A DNA stretch of 64,000 nt, from NCBI GenBank assembly GCA_964607485.1, contig CAZSKP010000007.1, positions 85,539 through 149,538 of the forward strand, given 5' to 3'. The notes under the pieces are model-generated. The model saw only the letters and a list, made by a program, of their open reading frames with translations. It was not told where the DNA came from and ran no database searches. Every line of letters begins with the position of its first letter. The first letter of the stretch is position 1. The translations under genes and the position numbers were made by a program. Source of the DNA: an uncultured bacterium (GTDB lineage: Bacteria; Abyssobacteria; SURF-5). Below are positions 10,269-19,742 of this stretch, in pieces.

Positions 10269-10318
10269 TTGACAAGAGTGGGAATTTGTGGTATATTTAC
10301 GATTGAACAAGTATTCAA
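10269..10318 (+). promoter_or_regulatory. sigma70 promoter with ArsR/SmtB/CadC-type operator
   Basis: TTGACA-17-TATATT (with TG extension), then palindrome TTGAA-caagta-TTCAA just before the repressor gene. Confidence 0.8.
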
Positions 10319-10334
10319 ATGAGGAGGCGCCCTT

Positions 10335-10709
10335 ATGCCGCCTAAAACGACGTCGAAAAACGCAGTTGCCGTCTGCGAAATAGAGTTCGTGGACAAGGCG
10401 CGAGTCAACGTGGTGCGAAGGCGCATGCCCCCAGCCGGCTCGCTCGAGGCGCTCTCCGACATCTTCAAGGTGCTCGGCGATCCCACCCGGCTCCGCATAG
10501 TTTCCGCGCTCGGCGTGAAGGAGCTGTGCGTGTGCGACATCGCGAATCTTGTGGAAATGAGCGTGTCGGCCGTGTCGCACCAGCTCAGGATACTGAGGAA
10601 CCTGAAACTGGTCAAGCACCGGAAAGAGGGCAAGATGGTCTATTATTCCCTCGACGACAACTGCGTGGAGACATTGCTGAAGGAAGGGCTGAAGCACATC
10701 GAGGAGTGA
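10335..10709 (+). CDS. ArsR/SmtB-family metal-sensing repressor (CadC-like)
   Basis: FKVLGDPTRLRI, ELCVCDIA, SAVSHQLRILR, RKEGKMVYYSLDD. Confidence 0.92.
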   Translation: MPPKTTSKNAVAVCEIEFVDKARVNVVRRRMPPAGSLEALSDIFKVLGDPTRLRIVSALGVKELCVCDIANLVEMSVSAVSHQLRILRNLKLVKHRKEGKMVYYSLDDNCVETLLKEGLKHIEE

Positions 10710-10730
10710 TGTATTACCCGGAGCAGGAAA

Positions 10731-13082
10731 ATGACTGAACACCACCCCACCGCCGAAATTGAGATTAACGTGAGCGGGATGGATTGCCCCTCATGCGCCG
10801 AGAAGATTGAGAAAGTCGTCTCGCGCATGGAAGGCGTCGAGAGCGCGGCCGTCAACTTCACCGGAGGCAGGTTGACGGTCCGTTTCGCTGAGGAGAAAAC
10901 GAACGTCGGCGAGATCGAGTCGCAGATTCAGCGGCTCGGCTACCACACGGGCAAGGCGCAGGGCCAGGTCTCGGACAAATTCTTCGTCGAGGGGATGGAC
11001 TGCCCCGACGAGTCTTCCCTTATCGAGAAGAAGCTCCGTGAGTTGAATGGCGTCAAGAACGTCACGTTCAACCTGCTCTCCGCAGAGGTCACCGTTTCGT
11101 ACGACGCGCGCATGGTTGGCCGCGAGCGGGTGATGAAGGCGATAGCGGAGACCGGCATGAAGGCGACGTTGGCCGGGGCGGCGGGCGCCGGTGAGGCGAG
11201 GGGGCGAGGCCAGTTGATGCTCACGCTGGTGTCCGCTGCGCTCGTCGCCACTGGTTTCGGCCTTTCGTTCTTCGGCTATCCCGAAAAAGTCGCGATAGGT
11301 TTCTACCTCCTCGCCATGGCGGTCGGCGGTTTCCACATTTTCCGGAAGGCCGTCTTTTCCGCCCGCAACCTTACCCTCGACATGAACTTCCTCATGACCG
11401 TCGCCGTGATAGGAGCGGCGGCGATAGGCGAGTGGCTCGAGGGGGCGACGGTCGTGTTTCTCTTCTCGGGCGCGCAATTTCTCGAGATGTACAGCATGGA
11501 CAGGGCGCGAAACGCGATTCAGTCCCTCATGAGGCTGGCGCCCGACAACGCGCTCGTCCGGCGGGACGGAAAAGATGTCGAGGTGCCGGTCGGCGAGGTG
11601 GAGCTCGACGAGATGTTCATCGTGCGTCCGGGCGACAAGATTCCGCTCGACGGGAAGGTGGTGGCCGGGAAGAGCACGGTGAACCAGGCGCCCATCACCG
11701 GTGAGTCGGCGCCGGTAAAGAAAGGGCGGGGCGACGACGTCTTCGCGGGAACCATCAACGGCGACGGCTCGCTCGAGGTGCGCGCGACGCATCGGGCCGA
11801 CGACACGACGCTTGCCCGCATCATCCACATGGTCGAGGAGGCTCAGGCGCAGAGAGCGCCCATGCAGAATCTCGTCGATAAGTTCGCGAAGTACTACACG
11901 CCCGCCATCATATCGCTGGCCGCGCTGGTGGTGTTCGTGCCGCCGCTGGCGTTTGGCGCACCCTTCGCGCGGTGGCTGTACAGGGGACTCGTCCTTCTGG
12001 TCATCTCGTGCCCATGCGCACTGGTTATCTCGACGCCCGTCTCGATTGTTTCCGGGTTGGCCAGCGCCGCCAAGCAGGGAGTCCTCATAAAGGGGGGCAT
12101 CTATCTGGAGAAGGCCGGTTCGCTAAACGCCATCGCGTTCGACAAGACGGGCACGCTGACGATCGGGCATCCGTGCGTGAAGGAGATCGTCGCGCTCGAC
12201 AACATGCCGCCGGGCGACGTGCTCGGCATCGCCGCGGCGGTCGAGTCGAGGTCCGAACACCATCTGGGGCGTTCGATAGTCGAGGAAGCGTGCCGGCTGG
12301 GCATCCCGGCGCGGCGGGTCGAATCGTTTCAGGCGATTCCCGGCAAGGGAGCCCGCGCCGTCATCGACGGAGAGACATACTACGTGGGCAGCCACAGGCT
12401 TTTCGAGGAGATGAAATTCTGCACGCCGGAACTCGACGAGCGCATGGAGGAGATCGAGAAGCGGACCGATACGGTTGTGCTGGTGGGCAGCGAGGCCGCG
12501 CCGCTGGGCGTGATTGTGATGATCGACGCCGTCCGCACAAGCTCCGCTCAGGCGCTCGCACGGCTGAAGGACATCGGCGTTCGCAAGATGATAATGCTGA
12601 CGGGCGATAACAAGGGCACGGCCTCGGCCATAGCGGAACAGCTCGGCATCGACTTCCGCGCCGAGCTATTGCCCCAGGACAAGGTGAGCACGATGCACGA
12701 ACTCGTCGGCGAGCACGGTCACGTCGCTATGGTCGGCGACGGCGTCAACGACGCGCCCGCGATGGCGGCGTCCACAATCGGCATCGCCATGGGCAGCGCC
12801 GGCACCGATACCGCGCTGGAGACGGCCGACGTCGCCCTGATGGCCGACGACCTGCTCAAGCTGCCGTTTGCCATCTGCCTCAGTCGCAAGACACTGGGCG
12901 TCATCAGGCAGAACATCGCGCTGTCGATATTCATCAAGCTGGTGTTCCTCGCGCTCGCCATACCCGGCCTCGCGACGCTGTGGATGGCGGTCTTCGCCGA
13001 CATGGGCGCGTCGCTGCTGGTCATATTCAACGGCATGCGCCTCTTCGCCGTCAAAGAATCGCTCCAGTGCCCGGAAAGATAA
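10731..13082 (+). CDS. cadA: P1B-type Cd/Zn/Pb-transporting ATPase (CadA/ZntA)
   Basis: Two HMA domains (GMDCPSC, GMDCPDE), TGES, CPC, DKTGT, GDGVNDAP. Confidence 0.92.
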   Translation: MTEHHPTAEIEINVSGMDCPSCAEKIEKVVSRMEGVESAAVNFTGGRLTVRFAEEKTNVGEIESQIQRLGYHTGKAQGQVSDKFFVEGMDCPDESSLIEKKLRELNGVKNVTFNLLSAEVTVSYDARMVGRERVMKAIAETGMKATLAGAAGAGEARGRGQLMLTLVSAALVATGFGLSFFGYPEKVAIGFYLLAMAVGGFHIFRKAVFSARNLTLDMNFLMTVAVIGAAAIGEWLEGATVVFLFSGAQFLEMYSMDRARNAIQSLMRLAPDNALVRRDGKDVEVPVGEVELDEMFIVRPGDKIPLDGKVVAGKSTVNQAPITGESAPVKKGRGDDVFAGTINGDGSLEVRATHRADDTTLARIIHMVEEAQAQRAPMQNLVDKFAKYYTPAIISLAALVVFVPPLAFGAPFARWLYRGLVLLVISCPCALVISTPVSIVSGLASAAKQGVLIKGGIYLEKAGSLNAIAFDKTGTLTIGHPCVKEIVALDNMPPGDVLGIAAAVESRSEHHLGRSIVEEACRLGIPARRVESFQAIPGKGARAVIDGETYYVGSHRLFEEMKFCTPELDERMEEIEKRTDTVVLVGSEAAPLGVIVMIDAVRTSSAQALARLKDIGVRKMIMLTGDNKGTASAIAEQLGIDFRAELLPQDKVSTMHELVGEHGHVAMVGDGVNDAPAMAASTIGIAMGSAGTDTALETADVALMADDLLKLPFAICLSRKTLGVIRQNIALSIFIKLVFLALAIPGLATLWMAVFADMGASLLVIFNGMRLFAVKESLQCPER

Positions 13083-13095
13083 AGACCTTCTTTTT

Positions 13096-13134
13096 CTCTC
13101 TTTGCGGAAAGAGAGAAAAAGAAGCAAAAAGAGA
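13096..13134. repeat. short hairpin plus A-rich repeat, copy 2
   Basis: Direct-orientation match to 10214-10255. Confidence 0.6.
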
Positions 13135-13206
13135 GAAACGATAGCGGTCATGTGAATCCCCTCCGGGCCTTCACACAACCGCTCTTTTCTACCCATTCCC
13201 TGACCC

Positions 13207-13230
13207 GTAGGGGCGGTTCGCGAACCGCCC
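13207..13230. repeat. GTAG-type REP palindrome
   Basis: GTAG + GGGCGGTTCG/CGAACCGCCC perfect palindrome. Confidence 0.7.
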
Positions 13231-13245
13231 GCGCATGACCCTCTG

Positions 13246-13273
13246 CACCGCAAAGCCGCAAAGAACGCAAAGG
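13246..13273 (+). repeat. outer inverted repeat, left (CGCAAAG x3)
   Basis: caccgcaaagccgcaaagaacgcaaagg; reverse complement of 14690-14717 is caccgcaaaggcacaaagagcgcagaga. Confidence 0.7.
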
Positions 13274-13331
13274 AATCTTTCAACAACTAAGGCACACCAA
13301 CAAATTCCCTCTGCCATTCTGCGTATTCACC

Positions 13332-13358
13332 ATATTCAAGATCAAAGATTCGACCCCA
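13332..13358 (+). repeat. inner inverted repeat, left
   Basis: ATATTCAAGATCAAAGATTCGACCCCA; 23/27 identical (hand count) to the reverse complement of 14496-14522. Confidence 0.75.
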
Positions 13359-13383
13359 TCGGTTCATGTGCGTATCTGTTGGC

Positions 13384-13449
13384 AGCTAACACCTGAACTC
13401 ACCAGCCGGAAAACGTAGCTTTACGGTCTGGTAGAGTGAATTGTTATGA
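13384..13449 (-). mobile_element. integron attC site
   Basis: Minus strand: R'' TCATAAC overlapping the ORF stop; imperfect stem CTCtACCAGaCCG/CGGCTGGTGAG with two extrahelical bases; R' GTTAGCT; 66 bp. Confidence 0.8.
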
Positions 13450-14430
13450 GCCTAATCTGAATTCATTCCAGTCAAAATAAGGTTGAAAATAATTTATTAA
13501 AGAATCTACCCATTTTTCATATTTCTTTTGTTCAGAAAAATTATCCGTATCTTTAAAATAGGCTCTGAAACTTATTTGATAATTTACTGTGAAATACTTA
13601 TAGAATTCTTCTTCCGAAAATTTTTTGTTGGGATCTAGCATTTCAAGGGGTAACCCCGGTCCGCTTGAAAGACCTGTAAGTTGGAAGGTTACGTTACAGT
13701 AGTCGTTATCCATAACTATTTTTATCCCATCTTGGGAGTCACTGAAGGATATGGTTGTTTGGGGGGGAAGTATTATTGATAGGTCTTCTATAGGGAATTT
13801 AGTGTGCAAAGCAGAAATAAATTTCCCATCTTTAAATAGTTCAGGGTTTGAAAAGAAAATATTATCTCTTATTGTGTTTTCCGAAAGGGCAGCAAAAGTT
13901 ATGATATTAGAGTTGTCTACATTCTTGTCGGCTAGCGGTTCATGCCATTGAGACATATCTATAACAGGCTTATCGTGTAATAATAACCACCCTTGATGAA
14001 AGTTGCTATTCACCCACTTTAGAAATAAGTAAAAGAACGCATCGCGACCATAGCGTCGTCTTTCAGTTGAGCCCATCTTTGTTCTTGTGAATATGGTTGA
14101 TGCGTCATTAGTAATTATAGGATATTTACCTTTTCCAATGGGGAGGTTTATTACTCCGTTTCCAATTTTTCCTGCGATGAGTTTTACTGGGAATTCTTTT
14201 TCGACTGGTTTCGGCTGGAGGATAGCCCTCATTTGCTCAATGATTGCCTCTCGTTGTCTGACTTCTTCTTGAGAACCTTTATAAGCAAGGAATTGCAGCG
14301 CAATGCCAACAGCTGCAACGAACAGAGCGATTACCAAAGCTAGACCTTCGTTGAGCTTCTTTAGATAAGAGAGTACATTAGGCACTAAAAGCAGGATTAT
14401 GATTAATGACGATAGGAAAAAGATAAGCAT
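13444..14430 (-). CDS. low-GC hypothetical membrane-anchored protein (integron cassette gene, possibly 5'-truncated)
   Basis: 328-aa ORF in an AT-rich segment, two N-terminal hydrophobic helices, stop codon within attC; frame stays open upstream into the right inner IR. Confidence 0.75.
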   Translation of the reverse strand: MLIFFLSSLIIILLLVPNVLSYLKKLNEGLALVIALFVAAVGIALQFLAYKGSQEEVRQREAIIEQMRAILQPKPVEKEFPVKLIAGKIGNGVINLPIGKGKYPIITNDASTIFTRTKMGSTERRRYGRDAFFYLFLKWVNSNFHQGWLLLHDKPVIDMSQWHEPLADKNVDNSNIITFAALSENTIRDNIFFSNPELFKDGKFISALHTKFPIEDLSIILPPQTTISFSDSQDGIKIVMDNDYCNVTFQLTGLSSGPGLPLEMLDPNKKFSEEEFYKYFTVNYQISFRAYFKDTDNFSEQKKYEKWVDSLINYFQPYFDWNEFRLGS

Positions 14431-14495
14431 CTTTACTCGTACCTCTAGAAAAGAACGAAGTATAATGTCTGGAATGTGAATACCCTTTAAGATAA

Positions 14496-14522
14496 TGGAG
14501 TCAAATCTTTATTCTTGAATAT
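14496..14522 (-). repeat. inner inverted repeat, right
   Basis: TGGAGTCAAATCTTTATTCTTGAATAT. Confidence 0.75.
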
Positions 14523-14620
14523 GATCTTTTGTAAGCACTATGATGAAAACAGCACACACTAATCTTGACAGCTATAAAATACTACTTTCAGTTAATTGAA
14601 GTCAAGCGGAATGTGAAGGA

Positions 14621-14820
14621 GGCTGGAGGCTGGAGTCTTGAGTCAAAGGTCGAAAGGCGGAGGCAGAAAGTCGAAAAAACGAACAGATTTCTCTGCGCTC
14701 TTTGTGCCTTTGCGGTGAAAAAATGCCCGTGATTCCCCGTGATCCCCGTGATGTATGAGGCTTTGCAGGGAGAAAGGGGCAAAAAGGAAATCTCTCTGTG
14801 AACTCTGAGTGCTCTGTGGC
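14621..14820. repeat. cluster of short tandem motifs including the outer inverted repeat, right (14690-14717)
   Basis: Degenerate 7-mers (ggctgga/gtcttga/gtcaaag/gtcgaaa), CTTTG(C/T)G repeats, ccgtgat x3, ctctg(t/a)g x3. Confidence 0.6.
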
Positions 14821-14926
14821 TGGCGTGTTTTGGCCGGTGTTCCTTGAATTTGGGCCGCTGTTTTGTTAAAATTATAGAGGATTTCTTGTTCAATGCCCTC
14901 GTTTGTGGGGGGGCGAAGGAGCTAGT

Positions 14927-17920
14927 GTGCTGGGAGTGATAAACAAAGTCTTCGGAACGAAGCACGAGAGGGACATCAAGAAGCTGCGCCCGCTCGTGGA
15001 CGCGATAAAGTCGCATGAGGCCCCGATGGCCGACCTCTCCGACAGGGAGCTGCGGGCGAAGACGGCCGAGTTCAGGCGCAGGCTGGCCGGGGGCGAGACT
15101 CTCGACGACATCCTGCCGGAGGCGTTTGCGGCCGTGAAGGAGACGTGCCGGCGGTTGTATGGCAAGGGGTGGTTTGTGCGCGGCCACGAGGTCGCGTGGG
15201 ACATGGTGCACTTCGACTGCCAGCTCATCGGCGGAATTGTTCTGCATGAGGGCAAGATTGCCGAGATGGCGACCGGCGAGGGCAAAACGCTCGTCGCGAC
15301 GCTGCCCATCTATCTCAACGCGCTCGCCGGAAAGGGAGTGCATCTGATAACGGTGAACGATTACCTTGCCAGCCGCGACAGCGAGTGGATGGGCCCCATC
15401 TACGAGTTCCTCGGGCTGGCCACCGGATGCGTCCAGCAGCGAATGGATTCCGAAGAACGGCAGACGCACTACCATGCCGATGTCACATTCGGCACGAACA
15501 GCGAGTTCGGGTTCGACTACCTGCGCGACAACATGTGCGTCATGAAAGAGCACCAGGTGCAGCGGGGCCATCATTACGCCATCGTTGACGAGGTGGACAG
15601 CGTGCTCATCGACGAGGCGCGCACTCCGCTCATCATTTCCGGCCCAGTCGAGCAGTCGAACGAGCAGTACGAAGAGCTTGCTCCGGCCGTTGACAGGTTG
15701 TACAAGCAGCAGCAGCGCATAGAGAAGAAGCTGCTTGACGAGGCCGAAAAGCTCATCGAACAGGGCGAGACGTACGAGGCCGGCAAGAAGCTGCTGATGG
15801 TGAAGAGCGGAGCGCCGAAGAGCAAGCGTTTCCTCTCGCTGATGGAGAATGCCAAGTTCCAGAAGCTGGTCCATCGCGTCGAGCTCGACATGATGGGCGA
15901 CCAGCTCATGGGCGGAACCGAGGAATCGGCCCTGATGAAGCTCATGGCCGACCTGTATTTCACCATCGACGAGAAGTCCAACGTGGCCGACCTCACCGAA
16001 AAGGGGAGGCGCACCATCTCGTCGGGCAAGCTCGACATGTTCATCGTCCCGGAGATCGAGGACGAAGAAAAGGAGATAGACGACGAGCTGGACAGGCTGG
16101 CGAAGGACAATTCGCTGGATTACGAAAGCAGGGCGGTCCGCGAGATGGAGCTGGAGGCGAGGCGCTGGCAGCTCTACGACCGGTCCAATACGGTGAATCA
16201 GCGGATACACGCCGTCTCGCAGTTGTTGAAGGCCTATTCGCTCTTCGAGCGTGACGTGGACTACATCGTGGCCGACAACAAGGTCGTCATCGTGGACGAG
16301 TTCACCGGCCGGTTGATGCCCAGCCGCCGGTTCAGCGACGGCCTGCATCAGGCGCTCGAGGCGAAAGAGCGGGTGAAGGTCGGCGAGGCCAACCAGACGC
16401 TGGCGACCGTCACGCTGCAAAATTACTATAAGAAGTATGAAAAGCTCGCGGGCATGACCGGCACAGCCGACACCGAGGCGCAGGAATTCCATGACATATA
16501 CAAGCTCGACGTGGTCGTCATACCCACGAACAGGCATCTCATACGGTACAACTATACCGACGTCATATACAAGAGCGAGCGCGAAAAATTCAAGGCGGTA
16601 ATCGGCGAGATAAAAGAGATGCACAAGCTCGGCAGGCCCGTGCTTGTGGGGACGATATCGGTCGAGAAATCCGAGGCGCTCGGCAAGATGCTCCGCGAGC
16701 AGCGGATACCCCACTACATTCTCAACGCGAAATATCACGAGAAAGAGGCCGAGATAGTGGCCAGGGCGGGCCAGGCGGGCGCCGTCACGATAGCGACCAA
16801 TATGGCGGGCCGCGGAACGGACATCAAGCTGGGCGAGGGCGTGCCCGACGTGGGCGGCCTGCACATAGTCGGGACCGAGCGGCACGAAAGCAGACGCATC
16901 GACAATCAGCTTCGCGGCCGCGCCGGAAGGCAGGGCGACCCGGGCTCCTCGCGGTTCTACATTTCTCTCGAAGACGACCTGATGCGCCTGTTCGGCTCCG
17001 ACCGGATAATGAAGATAATGGACCGGCTCGGCATCGAGGAAGACCAGCCGATAGAACATTCTCTGGTCACGAAATCCATCGAAACGGCGCAAAAACGCGT
17101 CGAGGCGCACAACCTGGAGATTCGTAAACATCTCCTGAAGTACGACGACGTGATGAACAAACAGCGTGAGATTATCTATGCCGAGCGGCAGAAGGCCTTC
17201 GACGAGCCCGACATCAAGCAGCACGCGCTCGAAATGATAGACGACGTGATGGACGAGGCGATGGACGAGTTTGTGCCCAAGGACACCCTGCCCGACGAGT
17301 GGAACCTGCGCGGGCTGACCGACTGGATGCGCAGACACTTCGGCCTGCATGTCCGGTTCGACGGCGTCGACCTCGAGACGGTCGAGGCCGGGGAAATTTT
17401 CGAGACCCTTCAGCAGGTCGTCCGGTCCGCCTACGAGGAAAGGGAAAGGCGGCTCGGCTTCGAGACGATGCGCGAGATCGAGCGCGTGGCCATTCTGAGG
17501 GCCGTCGATTCGAGATGGAAGGACCATCTCTATGCCATGGACCTGCTGAAAGAGGGGATAGGCCTCAGAGGATACGGCGGCAAGGATCCCCTCGTTGAAT
17601 ACAAACACGAGGCGTTCAACCTGTTTAGCGAAATGATTGCAGATGTCAAGCTGGGAGCCGCCGAGTTTCTGTTCAGGGTGCAGGTGGCTGAGCCGGAAAA
17701 GTTGGAGGAGCCGGCGCCCGCTCCCAGCCAGACGGTTCTCACCTCACACGACCTCTCCACAAGTTCATTCGGCAGCGAGGCGCCCCAGCAGGCGGCCGCG
17801 GCTTCCGACGCGCCGCGTCAAGCGGCGAAGGTTCCCGTTCGTGTGGGCCAGAAGATTGGCCGCAACGAGCCGTGTCCGTGCGGCAGCGGCAAGAAATACA
17901 AGAAATGCTGCGGCGCCTGA
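14927..17920 (+). CDS. secA: preprotein translocase subunit SecA
   Basis: [49 protein letters not shown]-terminal [21 protein letters not shown] start after AAGGAG. Confidence 0.97.
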   Translation: MLGVINKVFGTKHERDIKKLRPLVDAIKSHEAPMADLSDRELRAKTAEFRRRLAGGETLDDILPEAFAAVKETCRRLYGKGWFVRGHEVAWDMVHFDCQLIGGIVLHEGKIAEMATGEGKTLVATLPIYLNALAGKGVHLITVNDYLASRDSEWMGPIYEFLGLATGCVQQRMDSEERQTHYHADVTFGTNSEFGFDYLRDNMCVMKEHQVQRGHHYAIVDEVDSVLIDEARTPLIISGPVEQSNEQYEELAPAVDRLYKQQQRIEKKLLDEAEKLIEQGETYEAGKKLLMVKSGAPKSKRFLSLMENAKFQKLVHRVELDMMGDQLMGGTEESALMKLMADLYFTIDEKSNVADLTEKGRRTISSGKLDMFIVPEIEDEEKEIDDELDRLAKDNSLDYESRAVREMELEARRWQLYDRSNTVNQRIHAVSQLLKAYSLFERDVDYIVADNKVVIVDEFTGRLMPSRRFSDGLHQALEAKERVKVGEANQTLATVTLQNYYKKYEKLAGMTGTADTEAQEFHDIYKLDVVVIPTNRHLIRYNYTDVIYKSEREKFKAVIGEIKEMHKLGRPVLVGTISVEKSEALGKMLREQRIPHYILNAKYHEKEAEIVARAGQAGAVTIATNMAGRGTDIKLGEGVPDVGGLHIVGTERHESRRIDNQLRGRAGRQGDPGSSRFYISLEDDLMRLFGSDRIMKIMDRLGIEEDQPIEHSLVTKSIETAQKRVEAHNLEIRKHLLKYDDVMNKQREIIYAERQKAFDEPDIKQHALEMIDDVMDEAMDEFVPKDTLPDEWNLRGLTDWMRRHFGLHVRFDGVDLETVEAGEIFETLQQVVRSAYEERERRLGFETMREIERVAILRAVDSRWKDHLYAMDLLKEGIGLRGYGGKDPLVEYKHEAFNLFSEMIADVKLGAAEFLFRVQVAEPEKLEEPAPAPSQTVLTSHDLSTSSFGSEAPQQAAAASDAPRQAAKVPVRVGQKIGRNEPCPCGSGKKYKKCCGA

Positions 17921-18053
17921 TGTACGACTCGCGACTAATTGCAAACCGTCCGCCCCGCCCGAATTATCACCGATTGCGCTCCGGGCATCGCATGAAAGTT
18001 GTGTGCACAGGTATCGAAGGTATGTCGGCGAGGCAACGAATTGTCTTTCTGCA

Positions 18054-18151
18054 TGTCATCCTGAACGAGGGGCCGCAGGCCCAAGTGAAGGGTCTCGGTT
18101 TCAATTGAAACATTGCGCGGCAAGAGATTCTTCGCTGCGCTCAGAATGACA
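18054..18151. repeat. REP-like palindromic element (GTCATCCTGA...TCAGAATGAC)
   Basis: Terminal inverted repeat tgtcatcctga / tcagaatgaca with internal AGATTCTTCGCTGCGCTCAG. Confidence 0.65.
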
Positions 18152-18194
18152 ACCACTGTCGCAATCTTTGCCTGATGTTTATGCCAGGTTGCTT

Positions 18195-19742
18195 ATGAAA
18201 CGCAAATCCAAAAGAAAGAAGATACTGCTGGTTGCGGCCATCACCGTCTTCTGGCTGGTTATGAATGCGCAGCTCGTGCGCAGAGAGGTGTTCCTGCCGC
18301 GCCTGCCATCCGGCTCTACGAGCATTGCGGCCTCCCTCACGCCCGACATCTCTTATAAGGAACAGTGGATGGGCATCTACTATGAGGGCCAAAAGGTCGG
18401 CTATTCCAGCACCACCGTCAACCGTGTGCATGGCTCGGATGCGCCGGGCTACATCATCCTGAACCGTACGTTCATGGTGGTGAAACTGATGGATAATCCC
18501 CTGAGAGTTCAGTTCGAAGGGCTGCTGCGAACCGGCGTCGATTTCAAGATGAAGGACTTCAGTTGTTGGCTGAGGTCGGCGGGCCATCAGATTCGGATCG
18601 ACGGCCGGCTCGAGGGTGACACTCTCTCGCTCAGCGTGCTTTCGGGGAGCAGGGTCTTTCGGAAGAAAGCCAAGGTGAGCGAGGATGTGAACCTGTCGAA
18701 CAGCCTCACGCCGCTGCTGTACCTGCCCGACCTGAAGACCGGCGTAACATATTCGGTGGACATCCTGGACCCGCTGTCGCTCGCCACGAACAAAGCGAAG
18801 ATAACCGTCACCGGCATGGAGCCATATGAATACGAGGGGAAACAGATCGACGCTTTCATAGTCGAGACCGAGTACCAGGGGGTTTCTTTCACGGCATGGG
18901 TGAGCGAGGGCGGCGAGGTGCTCAAAGAGACCACGCCGCTCGGCTGGACGCTGTTGAGGGAGGACCGCGACGTGGCGTCGGATTTCCGCGCGGATGCCGT
19001 GAGCTTCAGGCAGGACATTGCCAAGCTTCTCGCCGTGCCGTCGGATCTTCACATTGCGGAGCCCGCGCAGACGCGGGAGATGAAGGCCCGCGTGAGCGGC
19101 ATAGACCTGAAGCAGTTCAGGCTTGACGGAGCCGGACAGCGGCTGGTCGATGCCGACACGGGGCTCGTCGAAATAGCAATGAAGAGGCCCGACCCGGCAA
19201 CAAGCCTGCCGATTCCGATAAGGGATGATTCGGTCTCCGAATTTCTCAAGCCGACCCTTTTCATACAATCCGACGACGCCGCGATTCGGAAGCTGGCCGG
19301 GGACATCGCGGGCGGCGAGACCAACAGCCTCATCGTCGCCGAGAGGATTAACGACTGGGTGTTCAACAACATACGCAAGAAGATGACGTTCTCCCTCCCG
19401 TCCGCGGTCGAGGTGCTCGAGACGCGCGAGGGCGATTGCAACGAGCACACGACGTTGTTCGTCGCGCTCGCCAGGTCGGTCGGCATTCCCGCCAAGATCG
19501 CCATCGGGCTGGTGTACTATAAGGGGAGTTTCTACTACCATGCGTGGCCGGAGGTGTACGTCGGGGAATGGGTGGCGATGGACCCGACGCTTGGCGAGCC
19601 GCTGGCCGACGCCACTCACATCAAGCTTCTGGAGGGCGAGCTCGACCAGCAGGCCAAGCTCATGCACGCGATAGGCAAGATAGGGCTCAGCATAAAGTCC
19701 TTCTCGTACGCGGCGCCGGCGCCCGAGGAAGCGTCGTCATGA
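18195..19742 (+). CDS. transglutaminase-like domain protein, N-terminally anchored
   Basis: Basic N-terminus plus signal/TM segment; GDCNEH, ARSVGIPAK, YHAWPEV, WVAMDPT (Cys-His-Asp triad). Confidence 0.88.
   Translation: MKRKSKRKKILLVAAITVFWLVMNAQLVRREVFLPRLPSGSTSIAASLTPDISYKEQWMGIYYEGQKVGYSSTTVNRVHGSDAPGYIILNRTFMVVKLMDNPLRVQFEGLLRTGVDFKMKDFSCWLRSAGHQIRIDGRLEGDTLSLSVLSGSRVFRKKAKVSEDVNLSNSLTPLLYLPDLKTGVTYSVDILDPLSLATNKAKITVTGMEPYEYEGKQIDAFIVETEYQGVSFTAWVSEGGEVLKETTPLGWTLLREDRDVASDFRADAVSFRQDIAKLLAVPSDLHIAEPAQTREMKARVSGIDLKQFRLDGAGQRLVDADTGLVEIAMKRPDPATSLPIPIRDDSVSEFLKPTLFIQSDDAAIRKLAGDIAGGETNSLIVAERINDWVFNNIRKKMTFSLPSAVEVLETREGDCNEHTTLFVALARSVGIPAKIAIGLVYYKGSFYYHAWPEVYVGEWVAMDPTLGEPLADATHIKLLEGELDQQAKLMHAIGKIGLSIKSFSYAAPAPEEASS

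Noticed and set aside
15660-16230. Helical insertion in the SecA preprotein-binding region
   Set aside because: Long SecA variants with insertions here are known in several phyla; no sign of an intein or frameshift.
14588-17608. 1006-aa minus-strand ORF
   Set aside because: Antisense shadow of secA in GC-rich DNA; no motifs.
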